DNA from: Bilabrum cf. latius
Taxonomy: Eukaryota
DNA length: 64,000 nucleotides
Reading direction: 5' to 3'
Assembly (NCBI GenBank): GCA_965178125.1
Contig: OZ237752.1
Span: 186,001-250,000 of the forward strand
The translations under genes and the position numbers were made by a program. The notes beneath the pieces were generated by a model that searched no databases, was not told where the DNA came from, and worked only from the letters and a program-made list of their open reading frames with translations. Shown one piece after another: positions 23,701 to 36,830 of the stretch. Positions within the stretch are counted from its first letter, which is position 1. Each line of letters opens with the position of its first letter.

Positions 23701-26700
23701 AAGGCGGCAAACCGGAACTCGGTGAGGGACTCGCACGAGCTGGCCGCGGCGGCGGACCAGCGCCTATTCGGGGCGGCGCGGCAGCGATTCTACCAGCCTT
23801 GCGGGCCCAGGGTCCAGATGGCGCCTGTTCCCGGGGCGCTGCCCGGCCTGCGGGGTGCCGCTGCAGACCCCATGACCGCGAGCGCGGCGGCCTCCGCCAT
23901 CGGTGTTCCCTGGGCCACTGCGCTGCGGGCCGCTGCGCCCCACCTGGCCCGCGTGAGCTTGGCCAGGACGTCTCACGGGAAGAACTCCATGGCCGTGGCA
24001 GCGGCCGCGTCCTCGGCGGCGGCTCGGGCGGCTGCAGCTGTAGAGGCGGCGGCACAGGCCATGGCCGGCCGCGGGGCGCACGTGGTCAGCGCGAACCGCC
24101 ACGCCGACGGGGCCACCGCGGCTGCGATCGCCGCCCCCTCGGAGGCTGCAGTGCTGGCGTACCCTTCCTGTGCCCTGGTATATGACCCGAGGCCTAGAGA
24201 CCGCGCGTGGCGCGTGCAGCGCGCCCTAGATCGACTGGAGGGGGGCTCCGCGCCCATGGGCCGGTGCATGGGCGTGCTGGATTGCGCCAGGATGTTCCAC
24301 GTGTTGATGCGAGCCATCTGTGACAGGCTTAGGACCCAGCGCAGGGCAGTCAACGCGCGGTATTTCCGGGAGTGCCATGAGCGGGAGGAGGAGGAGAGGA
24401 AGAGGGTCGAGAGAGTGAGGCGAGTGGCAGGCATGGCGGCTCGCGTCGCCAGGCACATGCTGTAGCACGGCGGGCAGATCCCGGCGGAAGCGCATTCTGC
24501 CAAGCCGCCCAAGCGATGGCGAGACAGTGACAACGACGGCGATGATGACGGTGATGGTTTCGAGCGGGCAGACAACGGCGACGGTGAATAGAATGGGGAA
24601 CGAAAGCAAGATTCATCCAGCAGCGGAGACGGACATGGGCGGGCAAGCACCGGAGCTGGGACGACCAGCGGCACCCCGGTTGGGAAGCCTGGTGATGCCG
24701 TGAGCCCGCGGACCCCCGGATCGCCGCCCCACCGGCCCGGGCCACCGTCCAGACGCTCGCCCCCCACGACCCCTGGGGGTCCGCGCCCCCCGTCAGGGGA
24801 TCCCCCCCAGCGCCGCTCCCGGCGCAGCAACCGGCCGTTCCAAATGGGCAGCAGCGGCCGCAAACTGTCGCCCTCCCGGTCTCCTCCCCCGGCGGGAGAC
24901 CCCGAAGAAGAGGCGGAGAAGGCAGACGCGCGATAGGCGGCAGCGAGAGGGGTGCAGGCCGCGCTGCAGCTGCTCGAGGAACTGGGCGGCAGCAGCAGGA
25001 GAAGGGGCATGGGCGGGGGCAGGAAGGCCGGCTCTTCCTCCAAGGCTGGCACCAAGTCGTCCTCCACGCGCACGGCCCGCGCAGGCCCCTCCGATGTTCT
25101 CACGGTGGGTGGCCCTGCGACTCGGAGGGGCAGGGCCGGGGCTGGCGGCGGAACCGGGGGCCGGCGCCGCGCAGGATCCGTTCTGCAGAGCCCCTCATCG
25201 TGGGCACCGCTGGCGAGCGAGGGTGGAGCGGACGAGGCGCACGACGGTCCGAAGGGTCCCGTCATACGGTACGGATCCGGGAAGCGGCTGGGCCAGCTAC
25301 TGCGCAAAGGTGCGGCGCTGGCAGCTGGGGACGGTACCGGGCAGCCGACGATTATCCGAAGATCCAGGAGCAGGAGGCGCAGGCGGAAGAGGGGCGGGAA
25401 GAAGTCAAACCGAGGGGGCAGTAGCCCGCGCGGTTCCTCCCCTCGAGGACGCAGCGGGTCACCTACCCGTAGGGGCCGCGGAACAAGCGCAGGCGCGGCC
25501 GGAGATGACGAGCAGCCAAGGGTGGACCCAGCCTCGGCCCTGCACCGCGCCCACAAGGGCGGCAAGGCGCTGACGTCAGAGGAGTCAACGGAACTTGCGG
25601 CGGCGCTGTCTGCGTCGGCCGTGCGGAATAAGCCCATGCCCGCCGTGACTCGACCCCCGTACACCCCGGTGCGGGCCACGGACCCCGCCGACTGCAGCCC
25701 CAAGGCTCTGCTGGCCAGCTGCCCCGGGGCACTCCTTCGCCAGATCATCGAAGAGGAGGGCGCGGCCTGGTGCCAGCGGGGCGTGGGGTCTGTCATGACC
25801 ACCACTGCGCAAGGGGGCGAGCTTCCGGTGGCCAGCACCTCCAGGGGAACACGCAGGAGGGGTTCAGAGCTGGAGAGCGTGATCCGTGCCGCCGCCGAGG
25901 GGGTCGATCTGGGAGACCCCACGTCGGGGTCAGCCACCTCCGCCGCCTCGACGACCGCGGCGCCGCAGTCCCACTCGTCACACTCTGCCATGGACGCTCT
26001 CTCCATCCGCACCGCAATCCGCACACCGGGGGACGCCTCCCAGGTGCTCGCGGCGCAGTTCAGGGCTCGCGTCACCACAATCGGGCGCAGGACGGGGTCG
26101 GGTGCGCCGGGCACTCTGCGGTCCGTGTCCCCGATCAGGTCCTCAGCCGCTGGATCAGCATCCCACGCGCCGCTCACCCCGCAGGCGCGGCTCCGCGCGG
26201 CCAAGGCCCGTCGCGACAAGGAGAAGGCTGACGCCGCGGCCATCCTGGGCGCCAGGCGAGTGGACGTGCATTTCCATCAGAGGAGGGCGGACCGAGCTCT
26301 GGTGCAGAGCGGGATCGGGCTGTTCACGCCCCTGCACGGGGGGCAGGCCATGTATTCGGCCGCTCTGCTTCTGGCCACGCAGGCCACGCACGTGCCCATC
26401 GCGCCGGATGCGGCCTCCTCTCCCCACGCAGTGACGAGTGTCACCGACCAGCTGGGCCTGCTGAGGTACCTGCAGGGCAGGCTACCGGAGGCTGTTGGCG
26501 CTGCGGGCGAGGCTACGGTGCGGCAGGCGCGGCTGGGTCGGTGGACGAGACACTTCCCGTCCAAGGACAAGTCCGGGGTGTCCTACGCGCAGTTCCAGGA
26601 GGAGGCTGCCAGGCATGCTGCCAGCAGCAGGCGGCGAGCCTATGCGAGAGGTGGCGGTAGCAAGCGTGGGGCCAGCGGCGCTGCCGGTGCCTCGCAGCAT

Positions 26701-29136
26701 CACCCCGCAAGTGGCATTGGCACCGCCAAGAGGGGTCGCGAGGCGAGCCACGGGCGGGGCAGGAGCAGCGCGCGGGCCTCTGTTTCGGGGCGGGGCGGAA
26801 CTGGCAGCGGGAGCAGCACACATGCTGCGAGCAAGACGGCCGGCCCCTCCCCCTCCGGCTTGATGCAGGGGAAGCCGCTCCGCTCTAGGTCCAGGTCGGT
26901 CACCTCCTCGGCCTCGTCTCGCCGGTCGAAGAGGGGCAGCGTCACGCTGGCAGTGGGGCCCGAAGGACTGCCCCGCGACGACTCGGAGCAGGGGCAGGCG
27001 CTCAGGTACCTCAAGGACAAACTCATGGGTCGGGATGCGAATGGACCCGAGGACGATTCCGAGTCCAGCCTGGGTGGCCAAACCCGATCTGGATCGAGGT
27101 CCCGATCCGGGTCGCGCTCCCGACTTGGGGGCGTCGGCGGCGTCCATCGCGGCGGATCCGCGTCAGCCCACGACGACGCAGACCAGGGTCCCAGGAGCGC
27201 GACCGAGCTCGAGTACCTGTCCCGCTTGGTGAGCGTGCCCCACACCTGTCCCCTGCTCGAGGCATTCATCGGGATGCACCTCAGGGGCGTGCGCTCCGTG
27301 GCGGTGGTGCAGGCACCCCCTCTGGCCACCGAAGGGATGGACCTGGACGACCGTAGCGGCGGCGGTGGCCTGTCAGGCAAGGCCAAGAGGGGCGCAGGAG
27401 GAGCAGCCAAGAGTGGCCTTCCTCGAAGGCATTCCCGCAGGATCTCCATCGGAGGAAGTGCCACTGCCAGGCACCGGAGGGGTTCCAGCGGAAGCGGGGG
27501 CCCCGGGCCGGGCAAGCGGAGGAGGAGGCGCAGCAGTGTCGGCAGCGTCGGCAGCGTCAGCAGTGTCAGTGACGGCGGTTCGCTGCAGAAAGCGGCGCAG
27601 GCTCTGCGGAGGGAACTTCGGCGGGCGTCCACGGGTGCAGCGAACGACGGAGCGAGTGGCGGCACACAAGACGGCGAGGCGGCCGCACTGGCAGCGGAAG
27701 AAGAGTCGAGGTGGTGGACGGGCCCCGTCATTGGAGCCCTGCGGGTGTCTCACCTGCCCCTGCTGGTGCCTCATCTCCCCAACCAGCTGTTTGAGGCGCT
27801 TCTGCGGCCTGTTGGTGACATGCTGGGGCTGAGGCTTGTGAGCACGGAAGCGATGCTTTGGCGCGACGGCATGGTTAGGCGGGCAGGCTCCGAGGAGGCT
27901 GCCCTGTCTGCGCCCAGCCGGGGCGGCTCCGGTGCCTCGGCTCGGGACGATAGGGCTCAGCGAGGTGGAGACAGCGGCAAGCGTCGCGCGCGGAACGCAG
28001 AATCGGATCAAGGAGCGGATCAAGGATCGAATCAAGCGGATCCTGACCTTCCTCAGCCGCGGGGGGCGGCGGCAGCCATCGTGGGCGGAAGGGGTCCCGC
28101 ACACCGCCGCGGTTCCTCCACCAGCCATGCCAGCAAGGACAGCAAAGCCAGTGCCCCCGGCGATGCGGGTCGCGGCGTGGACCTGGATGACGGTGAAGGA
28201 GAGAGCGGCAGGCCGGGTTACCAGAGGTCGCGCACCCCAGGAGCCGGCGTGCAGGGATCTCTCAGCCTACCGCCAGGCGCCGTGACCTGCCGGTTCGACG
28301 AACGCATCCGAGATATCATCGATAGGATGGTTCTTGAACGCACGCCTGAGCTGTTCATCGTTGGGCTGCCTGGAGAAGGCTGGGAGGATCCGGCACTCGG
28401 ACCGGACTCACACCTGTTCGCGGGCGGAGGGCCGTCACTAGGTTTGAGCGGGGTTGCGAAGGCGCCAGCACCGCTGGGCCGGGGCCCAGTTCTCTCCAGC
28501 GCCAGCGCCAGCGCTGCATCTCCCCAACAAGCCATCGCGGGATTGTTCGCGCACCCCGACGGCTCTGGCGGGCCCGGACAGCCTGGGCGAGCGAGAAGCC
28601 CAGCAGCCGCGAGTCGCGTCAGCCTCGCTGACGCGCCTCCCACCGAGAAAGAGGTGTCTCACCTGGTACGGCGGGCACAGGGCGACGCACTGGTGGTCAA
28701 AGGCGTCGTCACCGCGACTGACGTCATCCGGTACTGCCTGTGGGCGTGGACCCTGCGCCACGTGCGGACAACCACCGACGTCGCGGTTGTGGGAGCCGAC
28801 GCGAAGAGATTCGGATATGAGGTCGGGACGAGGGGGTATGCTGGCACGTTCGCGGGTCAGCTGCAGGAAGCTTTCCGAGAGAGGGTGCGCCGGGGGATCG
28901 TGCGCACGTCGTCGCTGTACACCCACGGTCGGAGGCTTCGGGAGCAGCTGGCTGGGGGCGGTGGCGGGTCGGGCGAGGATGCAGTGCACGAGGGTGCGGG
29001 TCACGATGAGGGCGGTCGCGTGGACGAGGACCAGCAGGTGCTCGAGGTGTCAAGACACGGGGGATCCGCAGTGGAGATGCGGCTGGTGCAGGCGATGGAG
29101 AGAGAGGCGGCGGCGGCAGGGGTCAAAGCTGGTGGC

Positions 29137-29170
<34 letters not shown>

Positions 29171-29568
29171 GTCGCGAGGGCCCAGGGGCAGGGGCTGGCA
29201 TCATGTCCAAGCTGCATCGAGCTGCAGCCAACGCGCACAGTGGTATGGCCGGAGAGAAGGACCATGCCGGGTCGTCGACAAGCGGAGGCAAGGAAGACGG
29301 TGACTCTCCCAAGCACCACCACAGAGGTAGAGCCACCGTGGTGCGGCAGGCGCATACCTCCACCGGGACCGGCCTGTTCAGCGCGCTGGCAGGCGCCAAG
29401 GCCTCTGCAGTGCTGCGACGGCGGTCCGTGGGCGACACCAACACGACAATTCGATCCGTCATGCGAAAGCACGCCCAGGAAGTAAAGGCAAACCTGCTGG
29501 TGGCGAGTAGGGACGGGACAGGGGCAGAGGCGCTGCGCAGCGCGGGGAGCCCCGAGAAAATCGAGTGA
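20734..29568 (+). CDS. Giant (~2944 aa) protein with an N-terminal EF-hand-like motif and dispersed CBS-domain-like segments
   Basis: ORFs starting at 20734, 20959, 23254, 24700 and 24952 are one frame joined by TAGs at 20932, 23248, 24463, 24589 and 24934; it ends at TGA 29566. FRLYDKQQVGSIDAIEV resembles an EF-hand. LHVKSTDSVLWALKVM, LVSVPHTCPLLEAFIGMHLRGVRSVAVV, AVTCRFDERIRDIIDRM and VKGVVTATDVIRY resemble CBS elements. Confidence 0.7.
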
Positions 29569-29762
29569 GCCCGCCCGTACATTGCTATGGAATGGACTAG
29601 ACTAGACTGGATGATCTAGCTGAATGGTGTCGACGGAAGGTGGAGTCGGGCCCCCTGTGCTTGGGGTCCAGTCGGCTACCTTGAATTCGGATGGGAGCTG
29701 GGTCTAGCTGCACCGCAGAAGGCTATTTAGCTCCGAATAGTACGTGCTGCGACAGATTCAAG

Positions 29763-31028
29763 TCACTGCTCCTTCTTGCCCTTGGCTTCGATCTCTTCCC
29801 CCTCGTTGTCCTCCTCCACGACCTGGGCCTTGCCGTCCACCTCGGTGACGCTGAAGTCCGCCTCGATCAGCAGCTTCCGGTCTTCGGGGTACCCTGCCTC
29901 CCCCTTGTGCTTTTCGAACAGATCTGCCAGGGCTTTGGCGTACGTTTTGAGGTACGGCTTGGCCATGGCGCGCGGGGGCATCTTGGACTTTCTCTCGAGC
30001 TGGTCCGCTGGGCACTTTGGGATCTCGATGGGCTCCCCCACAGCCACAAAGAGGGGCATCTTGTAGGGGATGGGAGACCCCAGGTACCCCGCAAAGATCG
30101 GCAGGCAGATCTGCATCTTGGACACGAGCCATTCCCGCGCGGCCTGAATGGGCCCGTACCACACGGAGTACACGTCCGTCATGAAGAACGTGTAGGTGGG
30201 CACAAGCTTGGCGCCGTGCTTGAGCGCCAGCCGGATGAAGCCTTCCCTCTTGTGCAGCCACACCTTGTCCTTGCCCGTCTCTGTGCGGATGGATTCGGCG
30301 GAGCCCCCCAGAATGATGTAGATGCTCTTCCCGCGGGCAAGCAGGCCGTCCAGCACGCTCCGGTCGGCTGCCTGGTACCCCGCCTGCAGGAAGATCTCCC
30401 GCACGAAGGGGACGCGGAACAGCACGCTCGCGACGGCCCCGTGCAGGTTACGACTCACGCGCGGGAATCGCTTGTAGAACTCGCCGTTCTCGTAGATGAG
30501 CGAGGTGGCGCCCAGCGAGTGGATGCCGTGAGGATGCACGCCGATGATGTATTGGTCATCGGGCTGCCCCACGTCCTTCTTCCCGTCCTCGCTCGCCTTC
30601 TCGGACTTGGCGCGGTCCGGATCAGCACTGGCGTCGTAGCCAGGGTCTAGGTCCACGCTTTCCGGAATGAGCATCTTGATCGGAAAGTAATTGCAGATGG
30701 TCGCGACGAACGCACCACGCCTCACGTGCGGCAGAAAGCCGCTCAAATTCTTGTCGGCCTTTGATGTGAGTGTGGCAAGGTAATACAGCACAAAACTAGC
30801 ACAGACACCCCCGCACGAGTACGACACTGGCACATCGAAGAAGTACAGCACACCAACGACAGCTGCGGCAAGCATCAGAATCAGGCTGAACATGCCTCCC
30901 ATCATCCACATGTACACATATTCCATGGGACCAGATCGAAATGCTGCAGGGTCGTCTCCATACTCGTATTCGATCGTATGCTTGGCAAGTCCTGGTGTTG
31001 AGCGATCGCCACCCTTTTTGTCGGGCAT
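29763..31028 (-). CDS. DGAT2: Diacylglycerol/monoacylglycerol acyltransferase, DGAT2 family (~421 aa)
   Basis: N-terminal TM segments, NYFP, HPHG, GGSAE and KREGFIRLALKHGAKLVP. Ends at TGA; no internal TAG. Start taken at MPDKK (31028). Confidence 0.9.
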   Translation of the reverse strand: MPDKKGGDRSTPGLAKHTIEYEYGDDPAAFRSGPMEYVYMWMMGGMFSLILMLAAAVVGVLYFFDVPVSYSCGGVCASFVLYYLATLTSKADKNLSGFLPHVRRGAFVATICNYFPIKMLIPESVDLDPGYDASADPDRAKSEKASEDGKKDVGQPDDQYIIGVHPHGIHSLGATSLIYENGEFYKRFPRVSRNLHGAVASVLFRVPFVREIFLQAGYQAADRSVLDGLLARGKSIYIILGGSAESIRTETGKDKVWLHKREGFIRLALKHGAKLVPTYTFFMTDVYSVWYGPIQAAREWLVSKMQICLPIFAGYLGSPIPYKMPLFVAVGEPIEIPKCPADQLERKSKMPPRAMAKPYLKTYAKALADLFEKHKGEAGYPEDRKLLIEADFSVTEVDGKAQVVEEDNEGEEIEAKGKKEQ

Positions 31029-31303
31029 CTGCAATAGATGAAGCGAGGCTCTGACTAGAAAGCGGCGTGTCAGGCAAGTAGCTGTATCGATCAAGCCATC
31101 AAATATGCACTCACAATGGATTTGAATCTGGTGTGGTGTCAACGACCAACAAAGCAATGGAGAAATGTTTCGCCGCATTCATCACAGCTTGTGATGATGA
31201 CGACGCCGAGGGATCCAACGATGTGATGACGATAGTCGTCTGATCCGTCTCTTGACGAAGAAACTGGATAAGCTCTACCCTGCAACCCGATCACCCCAAC
31301 CCG

Positions 31304-32949
31304 TCAGCCATGGCCGCCACCCTACCCCCTGACCTGCTGCTGAGGCGCAGATGCGTGCACGGCCGCCCACCGGCCCATCTCGCTGCTCCAAGGCCCAGCC
31401 CCCAGCACCGCCCCCCACGCCTAGCCGCCCGCCCAACCAGCACCCACCGCGCTCGCTTGAAGTTCCGCAGATGTTGCGCGGCGCCGCAGCTGCTCCAGCG
31501 CTTCTCGTGCCTCCAGCACCGCCTCCTCCGCCGCCCGATCCGACGCTGCGGAACCGGCGCCGCGCACTCGAGCCCCCGGCTGGCCCAGCCCCTGGTCCGC
31601 CCAGGCCGCCAGCCTGCCGCCCTCCACCCGCGGTGCAGCCGCAGCCGCCAGCCCCTGCCCCACTGCCACGAGAAGCAGGCCCGCCACCCCCGCCATAGAC
31701 CACGGCTGCCACAGCCCGTACGGGGTGAGTGCCCAGCGCCACCCATCGGCCACCGCACCCCGGATCGTGATAGCCGCCCCGGAGCCGGAATTCACCCCTG
31801 CTCCCTGGTTGAGCCTGCCTCCCACCCCGAGCACGCCCACGAGCGTCCCCAACACGGCCAGCCCGAAGACAGCCACCGAGGGGCAGGCGCCTCGCGCGCA
31901 CGGCCAGAACTCGCAGTCCTCCCCTGCCCCTGCCCCTGCCCTTGCCCCCGCCTTCCCATCCGTGCCGACCTCACCAACTCCCATGCGACTGCCCCCCTGG
32001 CCTGTTCCCCCGATCTGAGACCCGGGCACAGCGCCCCCACCGAGGGGCAGCGAGTGGGAGTCCAGGGAGCCGCCGGGCCACAGGGCGGGGGCGAGGGGCT
32101 GCGCGTCCTGCGGAGCCCTGGCATCCGTGGGGTGTGTGACGAGTGCGCTCGAGACGGTGCTGCCCACGCCACCCTAAGCCATGGGCCCTGTTGGCTGACC
32201 CAGCAGCCCGGGCCGGGGCTCTGGCGCCGCCTCCCCGCAGTACAGGAACACCCACCGCGCGGCTGCAGACATGAGAGCAGCCAGGAGGGTCGCGGCGCCC
32301 GACACGCGGCACCCGTTCCCGCCAAAGAGGAGATCCAGCCCGTCTGGCCCGCCGGCGGACGGGCCTCCGACCACGCTACCAAATTCCGTGATCTGCGCGG
32401 CGCCCACGCTCGCTGTCCCGTTGTTCCCTGGGCCCAAGGTCGGCGCGAGGGCCCCGCCTCCCGCCACACACCACAGGCCGTCTGCCACTGCCTTTCGCAT
32501 GGCTGTGCCCGGGCCCAGACCACCGTCCCCGTCCAGCCAGCCAGACACAGGGGCCAGCAGTGCCACCAGCAAAAACGTCCAGACGGAGACGGTAGCCTGC
32601 AGCCGCACCGGGTCCACGGGCGCGATGGGCTGCGGGAGCCACGCCATGTGCAGTTTCTTGGGCTCCCCGCCCCTGCGCTCATCCAGGGACTCGTCCTCGG
32701 GGGCATCCAGGGACGAAGGTAGGGCGGAGGGGGCGAGGGCACGGGCGGTGCAGGCCTGTGAGGAGCCGAGGAGAAGCACCCCCGCCGCCGCGATGGCCAG
32801 CGAGGCGGCGGCGGCGCGGGCCTCCCTGGCCGCGCTGTGGTGGTCAAAGTCGAGGGAAGGGTATCCGTTGAGTCCCTCTTCACCAGTTACACCGTCGCCG
32901 CCGCCAGCCTCCCAAGACAGGTGGGCTTCAACTGCAAGGTCGCCCTGTA

Positions 32950-33003
<54 letters not shown>

Positions 33004-36000
33004 ATTGTCCGACTGGCACAACCCCAGACATCCACGCACGAACCGAGTCCGGCCCGTACCCAGACAGAACCAGGCAAGCCAGGGGCAGCATGGCACCCAG
33101 CATCGCCATCCCGAGCCCCAGCACCCGTGCAGCACCCGGGCGATCAGCGCACGCCCCGGGGGCTACCGGGATTCGATCCGGGGTGCCGAGGCTAAGGCTG
33201 CCCGTGCCACGGGCGCAGCAGCCGCAGCACACCGCGTCATTCCCGCTGGCCTTCCGCAGCCGCGTGCGGTCTCCTCCCATGGCCAGCAGCAGCTCCCGCG
33301 CGGCTAGCCGGGCCCTCCGTCCAAGCCAGAACGCAAGCGATTTGCCCCCTGTCAGCGGCTCGATCCGCAGGCAGCAGCCAGACCACTCTGCGGCGGCCGG
33401 CACGGCGCCTGCGAGCAGCAGAACAAGCGCCACGGGTGGCGATCCGCCCGCCCCGATGCACACCATCACAAGCCCGGCCGCCTGCAGCACCGCCAGCCTT
33501 CCCACGATTTCGAACCCCCAGGCGGCTCTGGCGTCGAGGTCGAGCAGCGAGGGCTTGTGCCTCTCCTGCTCCTCCTGCTGCCCGCCACCCTTCCCTTTCC
33601 CACCCCTCCTGCGGCGGGCCTTGCGCCTCCTGGCACGCTCCTTGACCCGCGCGCTGATGGCGGCAGCGCGGTCCGAGGTCACCCGATCGGGCTGGAGCGC
33701 GCTCGGGTCAAGCTCCCACTCCCAGCAGCAAAGCCCGCCGCAACGCAGGCACAGCACGCGGAACGCGTCGGCCGGACGCGCGCAGCACACCACGCCCTCG
33801 TCATCCTCCTAGAGAAGCTGGCGGTTCAGCGGCAGCTCCAGCCGAGACACACCCCCGCCGCGGCCGCCTCGCCCACCCGCCAATGCAGACGCCCCGGACA
33901 TGGAGCCCATGGAGGGCGAGAACGCGCCGAAGCGGGGAGACGGTGCCGCGGCCACGAGGGGCGTCCCCCCTCCACTCGATTCGAACCCAAGCCCACCGCG
34001 CACGCTGGCGGCACGGATCATGTGCGCGGAGCCTGCTGTCACGCCCCCCAGTAGCACCAGGTGGTCAGGCCCGCCCTAATCCGACGCGCACGGGCGGCAG
34101 GCCCGCCCGATCCCGCAGCACCGTTCCTCCGCCTCTCTCGGCAGCTCAACACCGTCCGCCCCGGACAGCTCCCTCCGCAGCAGCCGGGTGGTCAAAGACG
34201 TTGCTCGGAGCAGGTCCGCCGGCCTGCCCTCTCCGCTGACACCGGGCCCCAGGCCCATCTCTCTACCCAGCAGGTGACCCCGGCTTTTGTTCCCCGTGCC
34301 GTTGTTCCCTGGTGTTCCTTGCACCCGGGGCGCCCTCGCTCTCTCGCACCCGAAGCAGCACCAGCAGCAGCAGCAGTAGTACGCGCACAGCCGGGCCCCA
34401 CACGGGTCCAGCCCAAGGCCTCCAGCGAAGCTCGCCCGGGTCCCGCCGCACGCGTCCTCGGGAGATGTTCCGCAGCACGGGCGGCAGGCGCCGCGCGAAT
34501 GGCCACTGCTCTTGGAAGGCCCTGGCCCGAGCAGCGAGTCGTCGTTCTCCAAGTCGTACGCCCCGATGCCCCCCCCGAACCCCCCCTCCTCGCCGACCCC
34601 TCCGCCCGACGAGCTCGAAGAGCTGCTGAGCCCCCTATGTCGACGAACCGCCGCGTCTGCCGCCCGAAGCCTCTCCCTCGCGCTCCGATCTTCACGAACC
34701 TTCCCTGAGGGCGCATCCCGGTCAAGGTCTGCCGTCCACACGCTCCACGTGCGACGAACGGCGGCAAGAGCGGGGGGCGTCTCGGGCACCTGCAGCCCCT
34801 CGTGCCCTTGCCCTTGCCCCGGCCCCCGCCCTGCGATCTAGCCGTGCGGCAGTGCAGGCGGTGCCCCGCCAGGGTACTAAAACTCGGAGCCGAATTGGCT
34901 GAACCCGTCCCCTGCATCCGAGTCCGTGTCGTGCCCCCGCCACCTGCCCGCGGCCCTCGCTGCCATGCGACCAAGCTCGCTGTCGTCCTCCTCGTCCTCG
35001 TCATCGTCTTCCACCATGCAGCACAGCGCGGCGCAGCACTGCCCCAGGCAGCTCAGACAGTCCCCAGAGCCCCCCACCTCTCCAAATCCTTGACGGTCTG
35101 CTCCTGCTCTATCCCAGCCGTCGCTGCCCTTGCCCACCAGCCCCTGCATGCCTCCTTTGCCCACGTCTGCAGCACCTGCAAAAGCGCCAGCACCACCACC
35201 GCCGCTCGCCCTAACTCGTGCCCCAGTGCCTCCCCTTGCACCCTCGCTTACACCATCGGACATAAGGAGCGGTGCTTCCAGACGCAAGTCCCCGGGCAGC
35301 ATGCCGGCCCCGTGCGGTCGGTCCCCGGGACCCTGCCGCCAGGACTCCATGGACAGGCCTCGTCTTCTGCAGGCGCAGTCGCGGCGCCGCGCGCCACAGC
35401 ACCGCAGGGGTGGGCGGTACGTACCCAGTGCGCCGCAGCACGTCCGCGCGGCGCCGCACCCACACGCCGCCCACCTCACGCCGCAGCAGCAGCATCCCGG
35501 GGCCCTGCCCGGGGCGCCGCACATCCACGAGGATGCCACCGCGAGACAGGTCAGTGCCCTGCGCCAGGCACCGGGAGGACACATGCCCCTCCACGCGTCA
35601 CAGGCCCCACAGGCCCCCGTCCGGTGCCGCACCCCGGCATCCACCCACGGCGGGGCCGCGCGGCAGCACCCGGGTGCGCGGTGCATGCTCCTGGCCTCCT
35701 CCCTCGCTGCCTGGGCCTGCGAGGCGGGGCCGCACGTGTCTGCGCACCCGCGCTCGTCGTGGCAGCAGCAGCAGGCCATGCAGCACGACAGACAGGCCCT
35801 GTTGGACTGCCCCCAGCCCGCAGTGGGCTGCCCGATGCCTCCCGCGAAGCTACCCCTCATGCTTCCAGCTGCGGCGGCAGCAGGCGGTGCCAGCGCATTA
35901 CCGGCGGGAAAAGTACCCACAGACCCGACAGACATCCGGCCTGTCACCGTGGCCGAGGAACCCCAGTTCGGTTCGTGCCTGGAGGAAAGCAGCACCGGCA

Positions 36001-36493
36001 TCGGTCGCTGCTAATTCTGAGCCCGCATGGCAGCGAGATCGTCCCACCACCGGCCTCCCACTGATCGCCAGCACCAGCCGCGTGACAGGCTCAGCAGCAA
36101 GACTGCAGCAATCATGGACAGCAAGCTTCCTAGCAGTGCCAGGGCCCAGCCATGGGGACGCGACGAACCCGCTGCGACGCACAACAGCACCAACTCGACG
36201 GCTGGCAGAAGCGTCTGTGCAGCAGCTCTAGAGAGCGGAACGGCGGATCGCGGACAGCATGAAGGATCAATACCACCATGCTTCAGTCCAGAGCTTGCTG
36301 TAGGCCTACCAGTCTTCGCCTGGGTTGGTGAGTGCTTGCCGCTGGAGTGCCTTGGCAGATTCGTGGACATAACATGCGCCCGCTGAGCCGCTTTGCTCGG
36401 CCCTGGCGCAGGAATGACAGGCGATGATATCGTCGAAAATGCTGGCGACAGAAATGGCTGCGCCTCTGGCCTCAAAGCAGGTGTTCTTTCCAT
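31304..36493 (-). CDS. Large multi-pass membrane protein, possibly DMT/EamA-like transporter, with low-complexity loops (~1729 aa)
   Basis: Seven track ORFs share one frame, joined by 9 TAGs (36011, 34877, 34838, 34076, 33809, 33002, 32174, 31421, 31322) and ending at TGA 31304. It has many hydrophobic segments. The family assignment is tentative. Confidence 0.65.
32951..33007 (-). repeat. Coding poly-Gln tract CAA-TAG-(CAG)17
   Basis: The plus strand reads (CTG)17 CTA TTG, in frame with the 31304-36493 gene. Confidence 0.95.
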
Positions 36494-36830
36494 ACTGCCG
36501 ATCAAGTGCGATCGTTGTCGTTGCCGAGCTGGAGATACTGTCAGCCTCTACTCCTCGTCTTATCACAGATTCGATAAAATATGTAATGATTAATCCATTC
36601 ACCAGATGATATACCCGAAAAAATGGCTGTGAGCAGAGGACTACCTGGTGTTGGCCACGGGCGGACGATGCGCGTCAAACGAGTCCGAGTCCGGCGTCGA
36701 GGGGAGCAGTTGTGGTGTGCAGGGTGCGTTTTGTGCGAGGCCGGGCGTGGCCAGCCGGAAAAAAATACGGTTGTCATACATTCATCAACCATGGCCCCAA
36801 ATACTGTAATCCTCCGCGCAACCGAGATAA

